Below, piece by piece: positions 26,601 through 39,960 of a DNA stretch of 64,000 nucleotides; positions within the stretch are counted from its first letter, which is position 1, and each line of letters starts with the position of its first letter. The DNA lies in the NCBI GenBank assembly GCA_013265495.1, contig MU058879.1, positions 5,632,468-5,696,467 of the forward strand, given 5' to 3'. The translations under genes were made by a program, and so were the position numbers. The stretch comes from Vicugna vicugna. Its lineage: Eukaryota. A model generated the notes under the pieces. That model worked only from the letters and a program-made list of their open reading frames with translations. It searched no databases and was not told the origin of the DNA.

Positions 26601-27399
26601 GAGATTTATACTTGCTTTTATTCAAATAACTTTTACTGAGCCTCTGTAATGCCAGGCACTATTTTTAAAGGCTTGAACATCACAAAGAACAAGACAGATT
26701 CAGGTCCTGCCTGAGACATTCCACAAACATGCACAGAGCATGAACCATGTACGGTGGTGAAAAACATAGACCTTTTTGGAGCCAACAGTTGAAGACCAAA
26801 CACTGAATAAGTTACTACAAAAAAAAAATTGTCAGTATTATAAAACAGAATTGTAACTGCATTGGGAGCTTATATTAAAGGGAAGTTAATCTAGTTTAGA
26901 GAAGGGGGTTCTCCAAATCTCTCCACTTTCATTCTACTTTCTGGTTAATGAGGATGGACAGATAAATATAAAATTCCAGCACCCTGGTAGGGTGATGTCA
27001 ACAGTGACGTGTGGGTAGCTAACTCAGACCTGATGGGGAAGGGGGCCAGGATGAGGCTGGGATGTGTGGGACGAAGGGAAGTTCTCCCAGAAGAAATGTT
27101 ACTTGTGAGACTTACAAAGCAAGTAGGATTGATTCGACAAACGTGGAGCTTAGGGTGTCACGTTCAAACACACAGAAGAACGTGAACTAATTTAGGGTTT
27201 TAAAAAACAAAAGTGACACGATTAACAACGCAGTTTCGAAGAATTTCTTTGCATTATTGAGACAGATTAGCTCGGTAGTGCATCCCATAAATGCCCCCTT
27301 CCTGCTCTCCTAGGTCGCCAACTTTCTCCTGTTGAACCTGCTTTTGAATTTATCTCTATGCTACCCTGGGCCAGACACTCATTTGGGTGTTTTCCTGTA

Positions 27400-27887
27400 T
27401 GTTATTTGATTAAGCCTGTCTTTCTAGTCTAATGCTTTGACACCTGAAGAGACTGCCCCTTCTAGGGCCAGCCTATTCCTAGGGGTCATAAACAATTCAC
27501 AGACTACATGCCAGCCAAGCAATTCAGACCCCCCGCCCTAACCACCGCCTTTATCAGGCTCTCTCCCACGCCAGTCTGCTACCCCACTGCCCCAGCCACC
27601 TCAGGACCAGTGCAACTAAAGACGGTTCCTACACTCCAGAGCCTGCTTCCTCTGCCTTGCCCACTGCTTCCCACTGAAACAACAACAAAGGCTCTTGCCC
27701 ACACTTCCCCCTCACTCCCTCCGCTGCCTGACCCACCCTGGTGCTTCCCCGTGTGGCCCTGCATGGTGTGGCACCCCCTGCTCCTCTTGGGAACTGAGAG
27801 TTACAAACTATCCTTTCAATGGCAGTCATCTCCTGATCTGTTGGCCCCGCCATATATGAATAAAAGTAGAGCCCACATTTTAAAACA
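27400..27887 (+). mobile_element. MER39-type (ERV1) solo LTR
   Basis: gagactgccccttctagggccagcctattcctag...aacaaaggctcttgcccacac...gacccaccctggtgcttccccgtgtggccctgcatgg...ctcctcttgggaactgagagttacaaactatcctttcaatggcagtcatctcctgatctgttggcc...cacattttaaaaca. Confidence 0.75.
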
Positions 27888-30800
27888 GTTACCTCATTCA
27901 GCTTTTAGAACACTCCCATGGGATGTTTCCCCATGTTTTTGAGATGACAAAGCTGAAACTCATCTATCTCAGAGCCTTCCGCTTTGTTTAAGCCAATATA
28001 TTGTAGGGGAAACAGTGTAATATTTCTAGTAAAGTAGAATGGCCAGATTCAAATCCCACCCAGTATGAGTCTGGCAGTAATAAACAACCACAAGAATCTC
28101 AGTTGCTCTACACATAAAATTTATTATCTGTTCCCACAAACCCTCTGCAATCTAGATACTCTCCCGGGCAACTCACTTCCCAGCAGTGAGTCACCGAGCC
28201 TTCCAGTTTCTATTTTTGTGGCTCCACCATCTCAATGCATGGCTTCCAGAGTCCCCAAGACAGGCAAGGAGAGAGCGGAAATAACTCACAACCGATCATG
28301 AGTATCGTAAGCAGTCTGGAGGTGACACGCGCCACAGCCTTCTACAGACCATTGACCAGACTCATCACGTAACCCGGCTACAAGGAAGACAGTGAAAGGC
28401 AGTGGAACGACTGAGCACTTGGTGAGTCTTATGCCTGCGACACACGCTTCCACCACTTTTGAGCTTTTTACTTTGGGCAATATCCTCACCTTCCATCTGC
28501 ATGTTATAGTGTCCCAAGGGCAGAGGTCAATAGCTACTGTGTTGGAAAAGTCAATGGTGAACCATTCCTTCCATTGTAGACACATGGAGACAATCAGAGC
28601 TTAATATGCCATTCCCTTTATAGCCACTTGGAGCTCCAATATATTTTTACTGGTTCAGTAACCTCTTTACTTACTTACACATACACTATAAATTACTAAA
28701 ATTAGAATCTACTTCATTCTTATTATCGCTTTCAACTTTGATTTTTGGCTTCATGTACGCTTTCGTTTGGGATTGTTTGAGTTTTTTGTTTTATGTATAT
28801 TCTAGAAACAGAATCATGCACAGAAAACTGTCCCCATATTCAAACAGGTTGAAAGAAAACTGGAATCTTTTTCAGGACGCCACAGAAATTAAATCAGTCT
28901 ATTACTCCTCTTTTTAACTACATTATTTCTCTATTAGCTGCTTCTTCCTATTCCATTATGAGTGTCTCTCTGTATGTTTTAAGAGCCTCCAACAGATCAT
29001 TTACTGGTTCTGTTAATCATTTTCCAAATGTAGCACCTCTTCGGGACCAAATTCTCATACAGTAGCCTTTCACAGAATAAGACTCAGTCAATACGTGATT
29101 GCTTTGGTCAGGCATATGGTCCTAATACCATCTTCCACAGCCAGAGTTCTGAAAGTCATATGATACCACGCATGCTATAACCCACCTCTGGAAGCTTAGC
29201 TCAGACCATAGCTTTGGGTGAGGCAAAATCACACAGTTTCATGGATTCCTCTCCAAAACAGCCTTGTGAGCTTTTTTTTTTTTTTTAATGACTAGAGCTA
29301 CATTCATCTTTTTCAGTTTACTGTTGGCTTAGAATTCGAGAGGATAGGAAAACATTAAACCACAGGTTTAGCCACCCATGGCATAGCTAACAGATGGGTT
29401 CTTCAAGACAAAGAAAAATATGTGAAAAGCACATCTTCTAGTCATTTTATCTCTGTCACACATAGGTTTTTTTTCTACAACCATCTAAGACTTTCACTGA
29501 CTGCTGTAATATTGAATTTTGTTAACTTTCATTTTGAATTATTATAGAAATGGTACTGTTACCATGACAAAAACACAAACTGAGCTATTCTCTTAAACAT
29601 ATGGGTCACCGGTGAGCACAGCAGAAAACGATGATAATTGTAAATTTAAGCAAGGAGAAAAAAACAGATCAATTTTGAGCAAAGGGCAAGACTAATCTAT
29701 AAGTCACCTTTATACTATGGGCCACTAACCATGTCAAATACTAAAGGATATTTTTAAAGGGTAAAAAAAATAATTAAAACAAGGACTAAAATTTATCTCA
29801 TAGATTCAGTTTTTCATAAACTTAAGAAAGACACGTTAACAAAGGAAGCCTATCAGTTAATTGGTAAACGTATTTACCTAGGATTCCTGCATTGTGGTGT
29901 CAGTCGTGACTAGGGGAGAGGACACTGGAAACAATTTGTGTCCACCACGAGGAAGCAGGTCAGTCTCATGTGGATGCACAGTCTGGGGTATCATGTTACC
30001 TCTAGAAACCACACATGAGATTTGGTCACAGCAATATGGGTGGATCAAAAAAAAAAGTGAAAAAAGGAAAACAAAATGAGGTAGAAATCATGTGATATTA
30101 TTCACATAAGTTAAAAGTATGTAAAAACACAATATAAAACAAAAAGATGCATGTTATGTCAAAATTGTTGCTTATAGTAGTAGAACTAATACCTTTTAAC
30201 AGAATATCCAAAGGGCATAAGAAAATTTGCTGAGTCCCATTCAGACTTTGCTGTGTGCCACTTTCAATGGCCCAGAACCTGAGGGGATAAGATTTCCAAA
30301 CTAAGGCTCTGGAACCCTTCCATTCTGACAGCCTCTGCTCTGAGGGAGATGGTGGGGTAGAGATAAAAGAGAATAAAGCTGAAACAAACAAGTAAGAGAG
30401 TCTGCACATCAGACAGAAGCTAATTTGTCTGCCAGGAACTAAGGAGTATGATTAAATAAGCATCTGAGATGCAAAAGAGACACAGAGAGAGAGAGAGTTA
30501 AACAGACAGAGAGCACTCTGGTCACGATGACATGTTTAACTAGACTGTATATTCTTAGTTTATGTAAAGGTTTTTGTTTTGTTTTGTCCATAATAAGATC
30601 TCATCTGACCATCAGCAGGTTCAAAAGGATATAAACTCAAACACTTAGGAAAGCTCACAGTTAAGACTCAAGCCTTAGTAGCCATTCAATCAGTTGTTCA
30701 ACCCTCAGCACAAATCAACTGAAGAGCAATAGACTCAAAACTACACAGAGACGTGGATTAATCGTCTACCATATGTCCATCACTTGGTTAGGTCTGGGAT

Positions 30801-33084
30801 TCTGTGAGCCACAAATATTATGTTCCAACAAGTAGAATGTGACAAGCAGACAGGAAAATAAAAGGCAGTCAGTGTACTGAGTATTACGGGTGGTCAGAAG
30901 TCAGGTCCCAAACCTTCACACAGTTGAAAATGATTAGACAGTCTTCCCACTGATAAAGTTCCAGGGCACCCGATGCTGGTGAGTCTAGCAAAAGCAACTT
31001 TTCTACAATAGCTAAGGGAAAGTTTGAAGGACCTAAGTCACAGAAAATAGCCAAGACTGATTTAGAAGCTTCCAATCGCATCTAACAAAGCCGTCTTTTT
31101 TTTTTTTTTTCTGGGGATTGTGGCCAGGTGAGGGTTTGGCTTCTGAGGGGAGTCTCTACTTGACATGATTTATCGGGAGGCCCACAAACCCTCTGACACG
31201 ATTCCACGTAATGGCACACTGGACAAGTTATACCGCTTTCCAAAGGAGATGCACACAGGATGGGAAATGGAAACGAGATTTTACGATTTATGATTTAGGA
31301 AGCAAATCACAGCCTTCCTGCAGTCACGTGTCCAACATTTAATCTCTACATTATTTCAGCCAGAGAAATGAACATTCTCATTCCTGTAGAATGAGTGACA
31401 CATGGTTCAATGTTCCTCTCCCCTCCTGAGAATGGGCTTCCCCCAGGAGCCCAGTGAAAGGAGGCTTGTCTGGTCATATCTCTGGAAAGGGCGCATTGAC
31501 TATGCCAGCTTTGTTGTTTATTACCTTCCTACAGTGAAGCTAGAAAAATTATGAGAAAAAAAAATGCAGAAGAGAAACAAAGACTAGATGTCAGTATAGT
31601 CTCATAGAACCAGTTCTGTTTGGGCGACATTCTTTCTTCTCCTAAAGCCGGGGTGACACTCACCAGGTGAAACAGCCAATGTGTCATAGGCACAGACCAG
31701 TCAAAATGCGTACACATCAATGCAGTCAGCTCAGCTGAGGTGACCCGCAAACGCTAGAGGCCATTTTTCTACTCGGTTATCGGGGAAAGTTCAAAGAGCT
31801 AGTACTGTCTTCCAGAATCAGCTCCAAAACTCCCTGAAGGTCTCCGTCGTCCCTCCTGTAATTTCACAGTTACTCGCCCACTCATTTGTTGCCAACACGT
31901 ACAAAGGTGGAGCAGTCCCTCAAAATGTCACCCTGCCTTCATTTCCATTGACGCCAGAAGCAAAAATTAGATCTTCCTGTTTCGGGGTAACTTAGACTCT
32001 TCTTTGTTAGGCTTAATCTCTTTTGGAGAGTCAAATTCCAGGTTTTCCCCAACAGCCTTCTCCGATCCCTGAGGGGCTTATGAATTGGCCAGTTGTTAGA
32101 GAAAGGACACTGGCTCTTGCTTGGTGTCTGAGCACCAACCAGCCTCCATCACCGCACTGAAGTGTGAGATGCACAGATCCGTGGTCTGACTCTTTAGCAC
32201 AGAGGTAGGCGCTTTTAAGTAGCTCCGTCTTCTCTGCCTATTTCATCAAGCTTTCCCCTCAGCACGAACATGCACAGCATTCTGAGACTCTGAGATCTGG
32301 CCACATCCATATATGACTCCTGCTTTGGGCTCTCCAATCCGTAGTTTCCAATTGTGGCAGGCTCTGGTAGCTGTGCTGTTTTCCAGCTCTCAAATACCAT
32401 CCCCTGCTCCAATTTTAAGACTTTTAGGAACTCTCCTAGGTCTCCTAGGAGACTTGAGGATGGGCTAGCTCAGGTTTCATCATCTAATACACACAACACT
32501 GAAATTTCTGCTCTGCTAAGGATGCCCCCTTTGAGGAAGTCATCTCCATCAAACGATCTAAGCAAGATGTGAGGACCAAGCTCACTCTAATCAATTATTT
32601 CCAAAATCATCTGGGGTCCCCGTCCCACCCAGGCCCAGGAACCAGCCCCAGTTCAGGGCTCAGTAATCTTGCTATTCTCTTACTCTTTCTCCCCAGACTC
32701 CCCCCGCCACCCCACCAGTTTTCTTCTTTACGGTGTATTTGAAAATCCTTGTGTTACACTCTGCATATTCTGTATTCTGTGGCTTATAGTAAATCGTTCT
32801 TCCTTCAGTCCTCTAACTTCTTAATATTTTAAGGGAATAGTTAATATTTAAAGCAAAGCTTCTGATTTCTCTTTCAACATACCTAGGTATTGCAAGTGAA
32901 TGCCTTGGCTTTTCAGAATTATTGTCTCTGAAATTAGCTTCAAGAGCATGTTTTGGAATTCAAAAACTGAACATTTGTCTCCTTTGTTCTTGGCTGGGTT
33001 CTGCCCTCCCCCTGAAGCCATGGATGTGTGACTCAGTGGGAGAGACTATGGAGCCAAGGAGCTAATGAGAATTAAAAATACAGA

Positions 33085-33236
33085 CGAGAGTGGAGGATAT
33101 AGCTCATTGGTAGAATGGGTGCTTAGCATGCATGAGGTCCTGGGTTCAATCCCCAGTACCTCCACTAAATACATACATATATACATACATACATACACCT
33201 AATTACCTCCCCTCCCCCCAAAAAAGAAAACAAACA
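33085..33236 (+). mobile_element. Vic-1-type camelid tRNA-derived SINE
   Basis: tRNA-like head (tagctcattggtagaat...cttagcatgcatgaggtcctgggttcaatccccagtacctcc), (taca)n tract, cctaattacctccc tail, A-rich end; perfect 11-bp TSD aaaaatacaga at 33074-33084 and 33237-33247. Confidence 0.9.
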
Positions 33237-33678
33237 AAAAATACAGAAAAGAAAGTTTCAAAAGCATACCTTCTTTACCCCAAATTTTAAAAAAAGAGAT
33301 TAATTCCCAAAAATTGGGTTACAAAATAGCATTGAACACATTTGTTCTATAATATCTTTGCTATCCAGGGGCCTAGAGTATGACACAGGCATATAAAAGC
33401 AGAATTTTTCACAAAGAGATGAAATTGAATCACCACCCTGATTCACAGAGGTGAGTGAACATTCCAACTTCAGCAAAAAGGAGGTTTTGCCACTGTCTGC
33501 AGCAGCAAGGTTGTTCTAGAGGTGAGGGGAAGGACCATGAGGGAGGCGGACATACGTGACAGAAGCCATGGATTTAAAAAAAAAACAACTTTATATGACT
33601 GTCCACGAGCTGATCATCTAAAATTATCTACTTAGAGTTTCCCATGTTAACCTTAGATATTAAGAACCATTATTCTAG

Positions 33679-33807
33679 GGGGAGAGGATAGCTCAAGTGG
33701 TAGAGCATGTGCTTAGCATGCATGAGGTCCTGAGTTCAATCCCCAGTACCTCCTCTAAGAATAAATAAATAAGCTGAATTACCTTCCCCTACCAAAAAAA
33801 AAAAAAC
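33679..33807 (+). mobile_element. Vic-1-type camelid tRNA-derived SINE
   Basis: ggggagaggatagctcaagtggtagagcatgtgcttagcatgcatgaggtcctgagttcaatccccagtacctcc...polyA; TSD ccattattctag (33667-33678) and ccattgttctag (33808-33819). Confidence 0.9.
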
Positions 33808-34523
33808 CCATTGTTCTAGCAATCTACAATTAACTAAGTGACTTTCTGACCGTTATCTTATTTGATTCTGTCTGTGAAACAGAGTTACAGTAACCCAATG
33901 TCCACTTGAAGAACCTGAGGCTCACGGACGTCCTTAGAGCCGGGTAACGTACTAACAGGAAGCAATTCAGACCTCCACCCTCCACGTCAGAAGGGCTGTT
34001 TCCTTTCTTCACCCTTACAGCCATTGCTCATTCATTCTCTTATTTTCTTAAAATCACCCTAAATTTTATCCCATGGCTTATCTTATAATTATTGGCTTAT
34101 GATGTTTGTTCTTCCTAAATGTTGATGGACTGCAGTCATCACTAATCAATGCGGGCTCCTCCCAGCACTGTGTCTGACATGCCTTGCTTAAACTGAATAT
34201 CAAGTCATCTCATCTTGATGTTTGATTTGTCTTCTGAAGTCACCTCTAATTCTGAGGAAGTTTGTACTCTTTATGAGATGAATCATAGGGTCTGCCTATT
34301 CATTTACTGTTGTTTATTCCTTAAAGAATATATTTTCCTTTGTCACTTTCCAACTCCCACTCATGGTATCTAATGTCTCAAGCCTTTCACTGCCAAGTCA
34401 TTCCATCTGGGATTCTCCTTTCCAAGGTATGCTCTGTGCATGGGTCAGATGTCACTACCCATCCTCTTAGCAAAATGTAGTATCAGCCATTTTGACTTAG
34501 CCTATTAAAACTAACAAATCTAC

Positions 34524-34890
34524 AACAATTAGCTTCTGCTGCATAAGACCCCCAAAATGTAATGATTTAAAGTAACAACCATTTATTTAGCTCAAAATTC
34601 TACATAATTTGGGCAGTTCTGCTCTTGGCTGGGTTCAGTCAATGCATCTGCGATCAGCTGAGAACCAGTTGGTCTAGGATGACCTCAGCTAGAATGTCTG
34701 TCCAGTGTTGTTCATAAAGCATACAAGAGTTCAAGAGAGCAGAGGAAAAATAAAGGCTTGACACTAGCACACCATCACTTCTGTCATATTCCATTGGCCA
34801 AAGCAAACTCTAAGGCCAGCCAAGATTCAAGCACTGGGCAAAGAGACTCCATCTCTTGAGGGGAGATGCTGCAAAGTCACACTGCAGAGA
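34524..34890 (-). mobile_element. MLT1F/G/H-type (MaLR) solo LTR
   Basis: attagcttctgctgcataagacccccaaaatgtaatgatttaaagtaacaaccatttatttagctca...cacttctgtcatattccattggccaaagcaa...aagattcaag...actccatctcttga...gctgcaaagtcaca. Confidence 0.75.
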
Positions 34891-35079
34891 AGAGGAGGTG
34901 ATTCTTCTATCAACCTGTCAAAGTATCTGTAACTAAAATTGGTCAAACAAGAAATTTTACTATTTGGCTATATGACCTACTCTGTTTTGCTCCCATATAT
35001 GAATACACATTTAATCATTTCCCAACCAGTATATTTACTTGGTAAAAGGAAACAATTATTTAAATATAATGAGTTTAAT

Positions 35080-36180
35080 TCCATTAACTTTGCCAAATAT
35101 TACTCGGGCCTCTAATGCTAGGCACTGAGTTAGTCATGGAAAATATGGGCAAACGAGAAAATCACTGCCATTAAGGAGTTTTTAGTCTAGAGGAGGAAAC
35201 AAACAAGCAAATATATCAATGTTAGATGCAGAGGACACTACGGGGTTACAAGGAAAGGATACACGACTCAGAGAAAGCTGTGGAATGCCAGGTATCAGGG
35301 AAGCCCAGAAGGGTGAGAAACGATGCGTTCTGTGTGTGTGGACAGAAAACACGGAATCCACAGCTCACAGCCGTATCAGAAGGTCGAGAAATGGCTTCAC
35401 TGACAGACTTGGGCTACCGTGAAAGCATGACTGCTACCAGGGGCTTTCTTCCATTAAACTGGCTCAGCCTACCAGGCCCCGACCACGACCTGTCGTGTAA
35501 AGATCCCACGTGAACCTCGGTTGCTGTTCTCTGTTTAAAAATCAGAAAATCGACTCTGCTTGTTGTCTGTCTCCCCTTCACTCCTCACCGCTCAGTGTGT
35601 GTTTAACACCTGCTCCTCTGTGTTTTGGTGTGGAGGCTGCTGGGCTAGTTCACCCTCAGTACTGAGATGTGACTTCCACTTCAGTTGCTCTGAGCAGTTC
35701 AGTATTCATCCTATTTTTGAAGTCCAAGACCAGTCATACATTGGTCCACACAACCATGGTTTATCACGGACTGGCTCTGGCCAGTCCTATATAACAGTCT
35801 ATAAGGTAATTATATATAACTCCTATATAACAGTAAACAAGGTAATTACTCTACCCTCATGACTCTCACAATCTGTAAGGAGAGACTGATATGAAAACAG
35901 GAATTACACAAGTGGTTTTCAATTATGTTTATATGTCCTATAAAGAAAAATGGAAGGTAGTATGAGAACAAAAGAAGAAACATTCTAATTAGTCATCTGA
36001 CAGATGAGCAGAAGTTTACCTCAAAAGGGAGCTGGAAGGATCCAAGAGGAGTGTCCTAAGCTGAAAACACAGCACGTGCCAGCGCTGGGTGTGAGGGAGC
36101 TGGCGACGTGCAGGAGCAGAAGCGCGGTCAGTGCGGCTGGAGCCTAGTAAGTCAGGAGAAGAATCAGAGTGATGGAGTTG
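35080..36180 (-). mobile_element. L2 fragments (about 35080-35350 and 35860-36180)
   Basis: aaatattactcgggcctctaatgctaggcactgag...aaggagtttttagtctagaggagga; ctcacaatctgtaaggagagactga...cagcacgtgccagcgctggg...cagtgcggctggagc. Confidence 0.5.
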
Positions 36181-38395
36181 GAAGGACAGAATTTACAGCT
36201 AGTCTACAAAAACACATGCACCACTCTGCTTGAAGATACTTTTCATCAAAACCGTGCCAAACTTGGGATGTAGGTGACTTCAGAATTAACTCAAACTTTG
36301 TAATTTTCTATTCCATTTGCAATTTATCATGCAGAGTATCTTCATTTCTCAACCCACAAGTTCACCTTCAATTCTAACTACTTCCAATTTCTTGAATATT
36401 TCCTTAAAATAAGGTTGGGCTAACTTTGATACAACCAGTGAGGAACTAAGTAGAATTTCTAGGATATAAAATGTTTTACAGGATTCTAGGAGTTGAAACC
36501 AACTCCCTGGGCATAGAATAAAGGGTGGCAGAGGAGGCGAGCTAGAAACTGGTTCACTCCGTCTACTCTCTCTTTGAGGATGTTCAAGCTGAAAGTTATG
36601 CCCTACCTCATTATCCCTAGAATCTAAGGAGGTTAGGCTACTCCCAGGGCATTCTCCATTCGTCTTTTCTGTGTTACTCTCCAAAGCCTTTCTTTATCTC
36701 TAATATTCTGTTTTAAATTCTTTTGAAATTAGAACTTAGAGCAAATGTGCTTCATATGCAAATATCTGGCTGTTTCTGTGTGTAAAATGTAGTTAAAAAT
36801 CAAAGCTATAAAACTAAAATGGAAGACCTTAAAAACCCAAACTCCACACACATTGGCCCAGAGTGTGTATGTGGTTGTGTGCTCGGGGATGGCAAGGAGC
36901 TGCCAGCAGAAAGCAAATTGGGAAGAGAGATTAAACCTCTTCTTACATCTCAGAGGCTCCCACATTGAGATCCCCGCCCCCTTCCCCAATACTCTTATCT
37001 AGGCGAAGAATAACTGTGCAGCCATTGTTATTTCCCTCCATCTCTTCCGTGCTGCCCCTTCCCCAAACCAGCAGGGGAATCACCCTATTGCAGACTCATG
37101 CAAATTGTGGGAGTCCCTCCCATGACACACACCTAATCCTTCACTTAATTCAGCATCGTTTATCTTTTGCTTACTCGGCATCCATATTGTTCAGTTCACC
37201 TGAGTTTAAAGAAAACCTGTGCAAACGTCGAGGTCGAACATTTCTGGATCACTCCCTTTCCCCGGAGGTCACTTTATCTGGGCGTGTGATGCCTTTTACT
37301 GTCAATTTGCAGAGTTGAAAACGTAATGTCAAATTAAAACACTCCACGTTTTAGGAACTCAGCTCCTACTCTAGGTTCTGTTATTTTAAAACTTAGGCTA
37401 AAATGTTCCAGGAGGTGACTGAGTTCCCTCTTGTCCCTGGGGAAGCCTCTGTGAATGACTTTCCACAATGAGTTTTCTGAGCATCACCAAGTTCACTTTT
37501 CACAACCTAAGTGTTGTACGGGTAAATGCTTGCCATGGGCATTCAAATTGAAGGAGCGAATGAAAATTCTAAGTGGAAAGTTTCTAAATGAATAAAGAAA
37601 CAGGGAAGGCTTCACTTAAAAAGGTAATAATGTGGAAACAAAGCTTAGAGTTCCAATCTCACCATAAGCAGCGGGACCCTAATCAAGCTACTCTGGTTTC
37701 CCGTTCAAAAGCAGGGACGTCACGACATTATTTCAGAGATGAAATGAGTTAACACGTGTAATTCATTTCTTGCCTATAGCTCTCCTGATGTCTAACTAGG
37801 CTGCATGATAAGACAGGGAGTAACTCATGTTCTGTTGGTTTTTTTTTTTTTTTAATGAACTAATGGAGATTCATTGATTTATGCAGTCAATTATAAAGTG
37901 TGGGCAACAGCCAAATAGGCAAGTTACTTGAAGGGAAAACGCAAAAAGTCCTCAGGTCACTGAAGCAGCAATTAGCAAGTATTGTGGGGAGAGAAGGAGG
38001 GGATGGGGGAAAAGGAGGAGGAAAAAGGCCTGATGAGGCAAATTGCCTTTAATTATCCTTAAACATTTTCTCCTCTTCTTTTGATGCCATAAGACCCCCT
38101 GCAGTTGCAAAATAAAATCAGCCTGAGTCTTGTTTTGCTCTTTTAAATCGGAGCATAATAGCCACTGTGGAAACATGTTCTTAATCAAAGGTATTAAACT
38201 TCTGGCTGCTCTCCTTCCTTCGTTTCAAATTGCCTGGGTTCATTATTATCACGGGGAAGAGACGTCTAGTCACCATGTAGCTCCCTTCTTGGTAAATTAA
38301 AATATTAATTACAAAATACGTTATTTTTATCTTATATCTTAAGCTATTAGCTACTGCAGCTGGGATAAAAGGGGGGGCAGGGGGAGGGTACTTAC

Positions 38396-38446
38396 TTTAT
38401 GCTGAAGTAATTTTCCTAACAACGCATTCATAGTGATTTCTAGTTC
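38396..38446 (-). other. candidate exon 2 (51 nt) of an unidentified minus-strand transcript, with in-frame ATG
   Basis: Acceptor tcctggtttgatttacag, donor AAA|gtaagt; ATG at 38431-38429 with A at -3 (actATGa) giving MNALLGKLLQHK; 75-nt intron 38447-38521 upstream. Confidence 0.4.
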
Positions 38447-38521
38447 CTGTAAATCAAACCAGGACATGAAATGCTGCATTTCGAGAGCCATCTGAATAAA
38501 TCAGGTAGCGAGTTCACTTAC

Positions 38522-38663
38522 TTTTCGTCTCAGAGATAAGTGTGCAATTACCGTTGCCGTGTCCACGCGCTCAGGACGCGCGGCTGCTCAGACAAGGCGC
38601 TTCGCTGCAGCCAGTGCCAGGCGGAGCCGGAGAGGAAAGAAAGAATGTTTCCTTTTCATTTCC
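38522..38663 (-). promoter_or_regulatory. candidate TATA-less promoter and first exon with CpG patch and EICE/ISRE-like element
   Basis: 11 CpGs in ~80 bp (38550-38630); donor AAA|gtaagt at 38521; minus-strand GGAAATGAAAAGGAAAC at 38647-38663 = GGAAnnGAAA overlapping GAAAnnGAAAC. Confidence 0.45.
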
Positions 38664-39149
38664 GCCACACAATGCCGTAATCGATCTTATGCCCGTAGAC
38701 ACAAATGCTCAATCTCTGGGAAAGAGGCAAATAAAGCTACAGAGCAGACATTAGAGCCAACTAAAACTCTCATTGTCTGCTTCTTCAAAGGCTCAAATTA
38801 CCAGCAAGGTATTGAGGTGACAGTAGAAAGTCTTAAGAAAATACCGTCCAGTGGCCAGCAAACCCACTAAGTATATGCAGATTACCTGGCCCTGTGGTGC
38901 CTGAAGTCATCACAAAATAAACCAAAGCTGGGGTATCTTTTACAGTCAAGAGTTAAATACAGTAATCATGCACTTAGGGGGTTTATTTGGAAAGGGTCTA
39001 AAAGCCACCATCCCCTTGCAAAATACTTCCTCCTTTCCCTACCACCTGCATGGTGCCTGAAATTAGATACTTTTCCCCCTTATGTTTGGGAGGATATTCA
39101 GTTTAAGAGGTCACTATTTAATTTCAGAAACAGCTAGAGAGATAAAACT

Positions 39150-39370
39150 TTACAGCCAGCACCATTTAAGTGCCCACTACGTACTAAGTACTTTACATAT
39201 ATTATTTTCTTGAATCATTACTTTAATCTTATGATGTAGACATTTTTTATAGCACCATGTTACTCAAATGAAAACCGAGTCTTAGAAAGATGAAGTAGCT
39301 TGAACAATTGGTGAGGGATACGGGGACGATCTCAATCCAGGCATCTGACTGCAAAGCCCTGGCTCTTCCC
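39150..39370 (-). mobile_element. MIR SINE
   Basis: caccatttaagtgcccactacgtactaagtactttacatatatt...aaatgaaaaccgagtcttagaaag...caatccaggcatctgactgcaaagccctggctctt. Confidence 0.7.
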
Positions 39371-39819
39371 TGGCTCTTAACTGTATCCGTCAGCTTCTAC
39401 CTGATAGTATGTGTTGGAGCACAAGGGACAGAGTGCCGGGACATTGAAAAACAGAAGAGGGTACAAAACAAGGAGGTGAAGGGGCATCAGAGAGAAAGCA
39501 GAATCAACCCTAGATATGCTGATTCTCGGAGGGAGAACCCCAGACTGCTAGCCAGAAGTGTTAGTGCTTGGCCTCTCACCCCTCCCGCCAGACTTCATCC
39601 AAGCTAGCCATCTTTTCGGGCCTTTGTGCATATATCTCACTGAATCGCACAAAACTCACAGTCCCCGCGGATGAGCAAAGCAGTTGTAATTTTCCCACTT
39701 GTACTTTTCTGCGTCCTTGGTGAATTTCAGTCCTACGTCCCCTGCTCTCTGCAAGAGAGGCTCACTGGTTTCAACACCTCAAAGACACTGGGAGGCAGGG
39801 GAGTAAGAGCAGTGGGGCA

Positions 39820-39960
39820 GGGCTTGGTTCTATTGCCCAGCTGTATCCCTTAGGGCAAGTTACTTAACCCTGCGTGCTGCCTCAGATTCCCTATCTGAAA
39901 AATGGGGTTCTTAACAGTGCTTTGTCATAAATAGCAGTTAGAAAACGTTGAATAGATGTT
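39820..39960 (+). mobile_element. MIR SINE
   Basis: cagctgtatcccttagggcaagttacttaaccc...gcctcagattccctatctgaaaaatgggg. Confidence 0.7.

Noticed and set aside
27508-27942. 144-aa Pro-rich ORF
   Set aside because: Lies within the MER39-type LTR; composition reflects C-rich LTR sequence.
31650-31745. Minus-strand 90-nt exon candidate (donor CTG|gtgagt), and a 47-nt one near 28480-28530
   Set aside because: Weak acceptors, and the phases do not chain into an open frame with the other candidate exons.
32440-32453. 14-bp perfect palindrome gtctcctaggagac
   Set aside because: About four such palindromes are expected by chance in 64 kb.
33085-33760. tRNA-like sequences with A/B boxes (also 58540-58600)
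   Set aside because: They continue into SINE tails with polyA and TSDs, so they are SINE heads, not tRNA genes.
35785-35848. 36-bp-period imperfect duplication (tcctatataacagt...aaggtaatta x2)
   Set aside because: Ordinary local duplication with no evident functional motif.
36756-37105. Two octamer motifs ATGCAAAT
   Set aside because: About the chance expectation for this AT-rich window.
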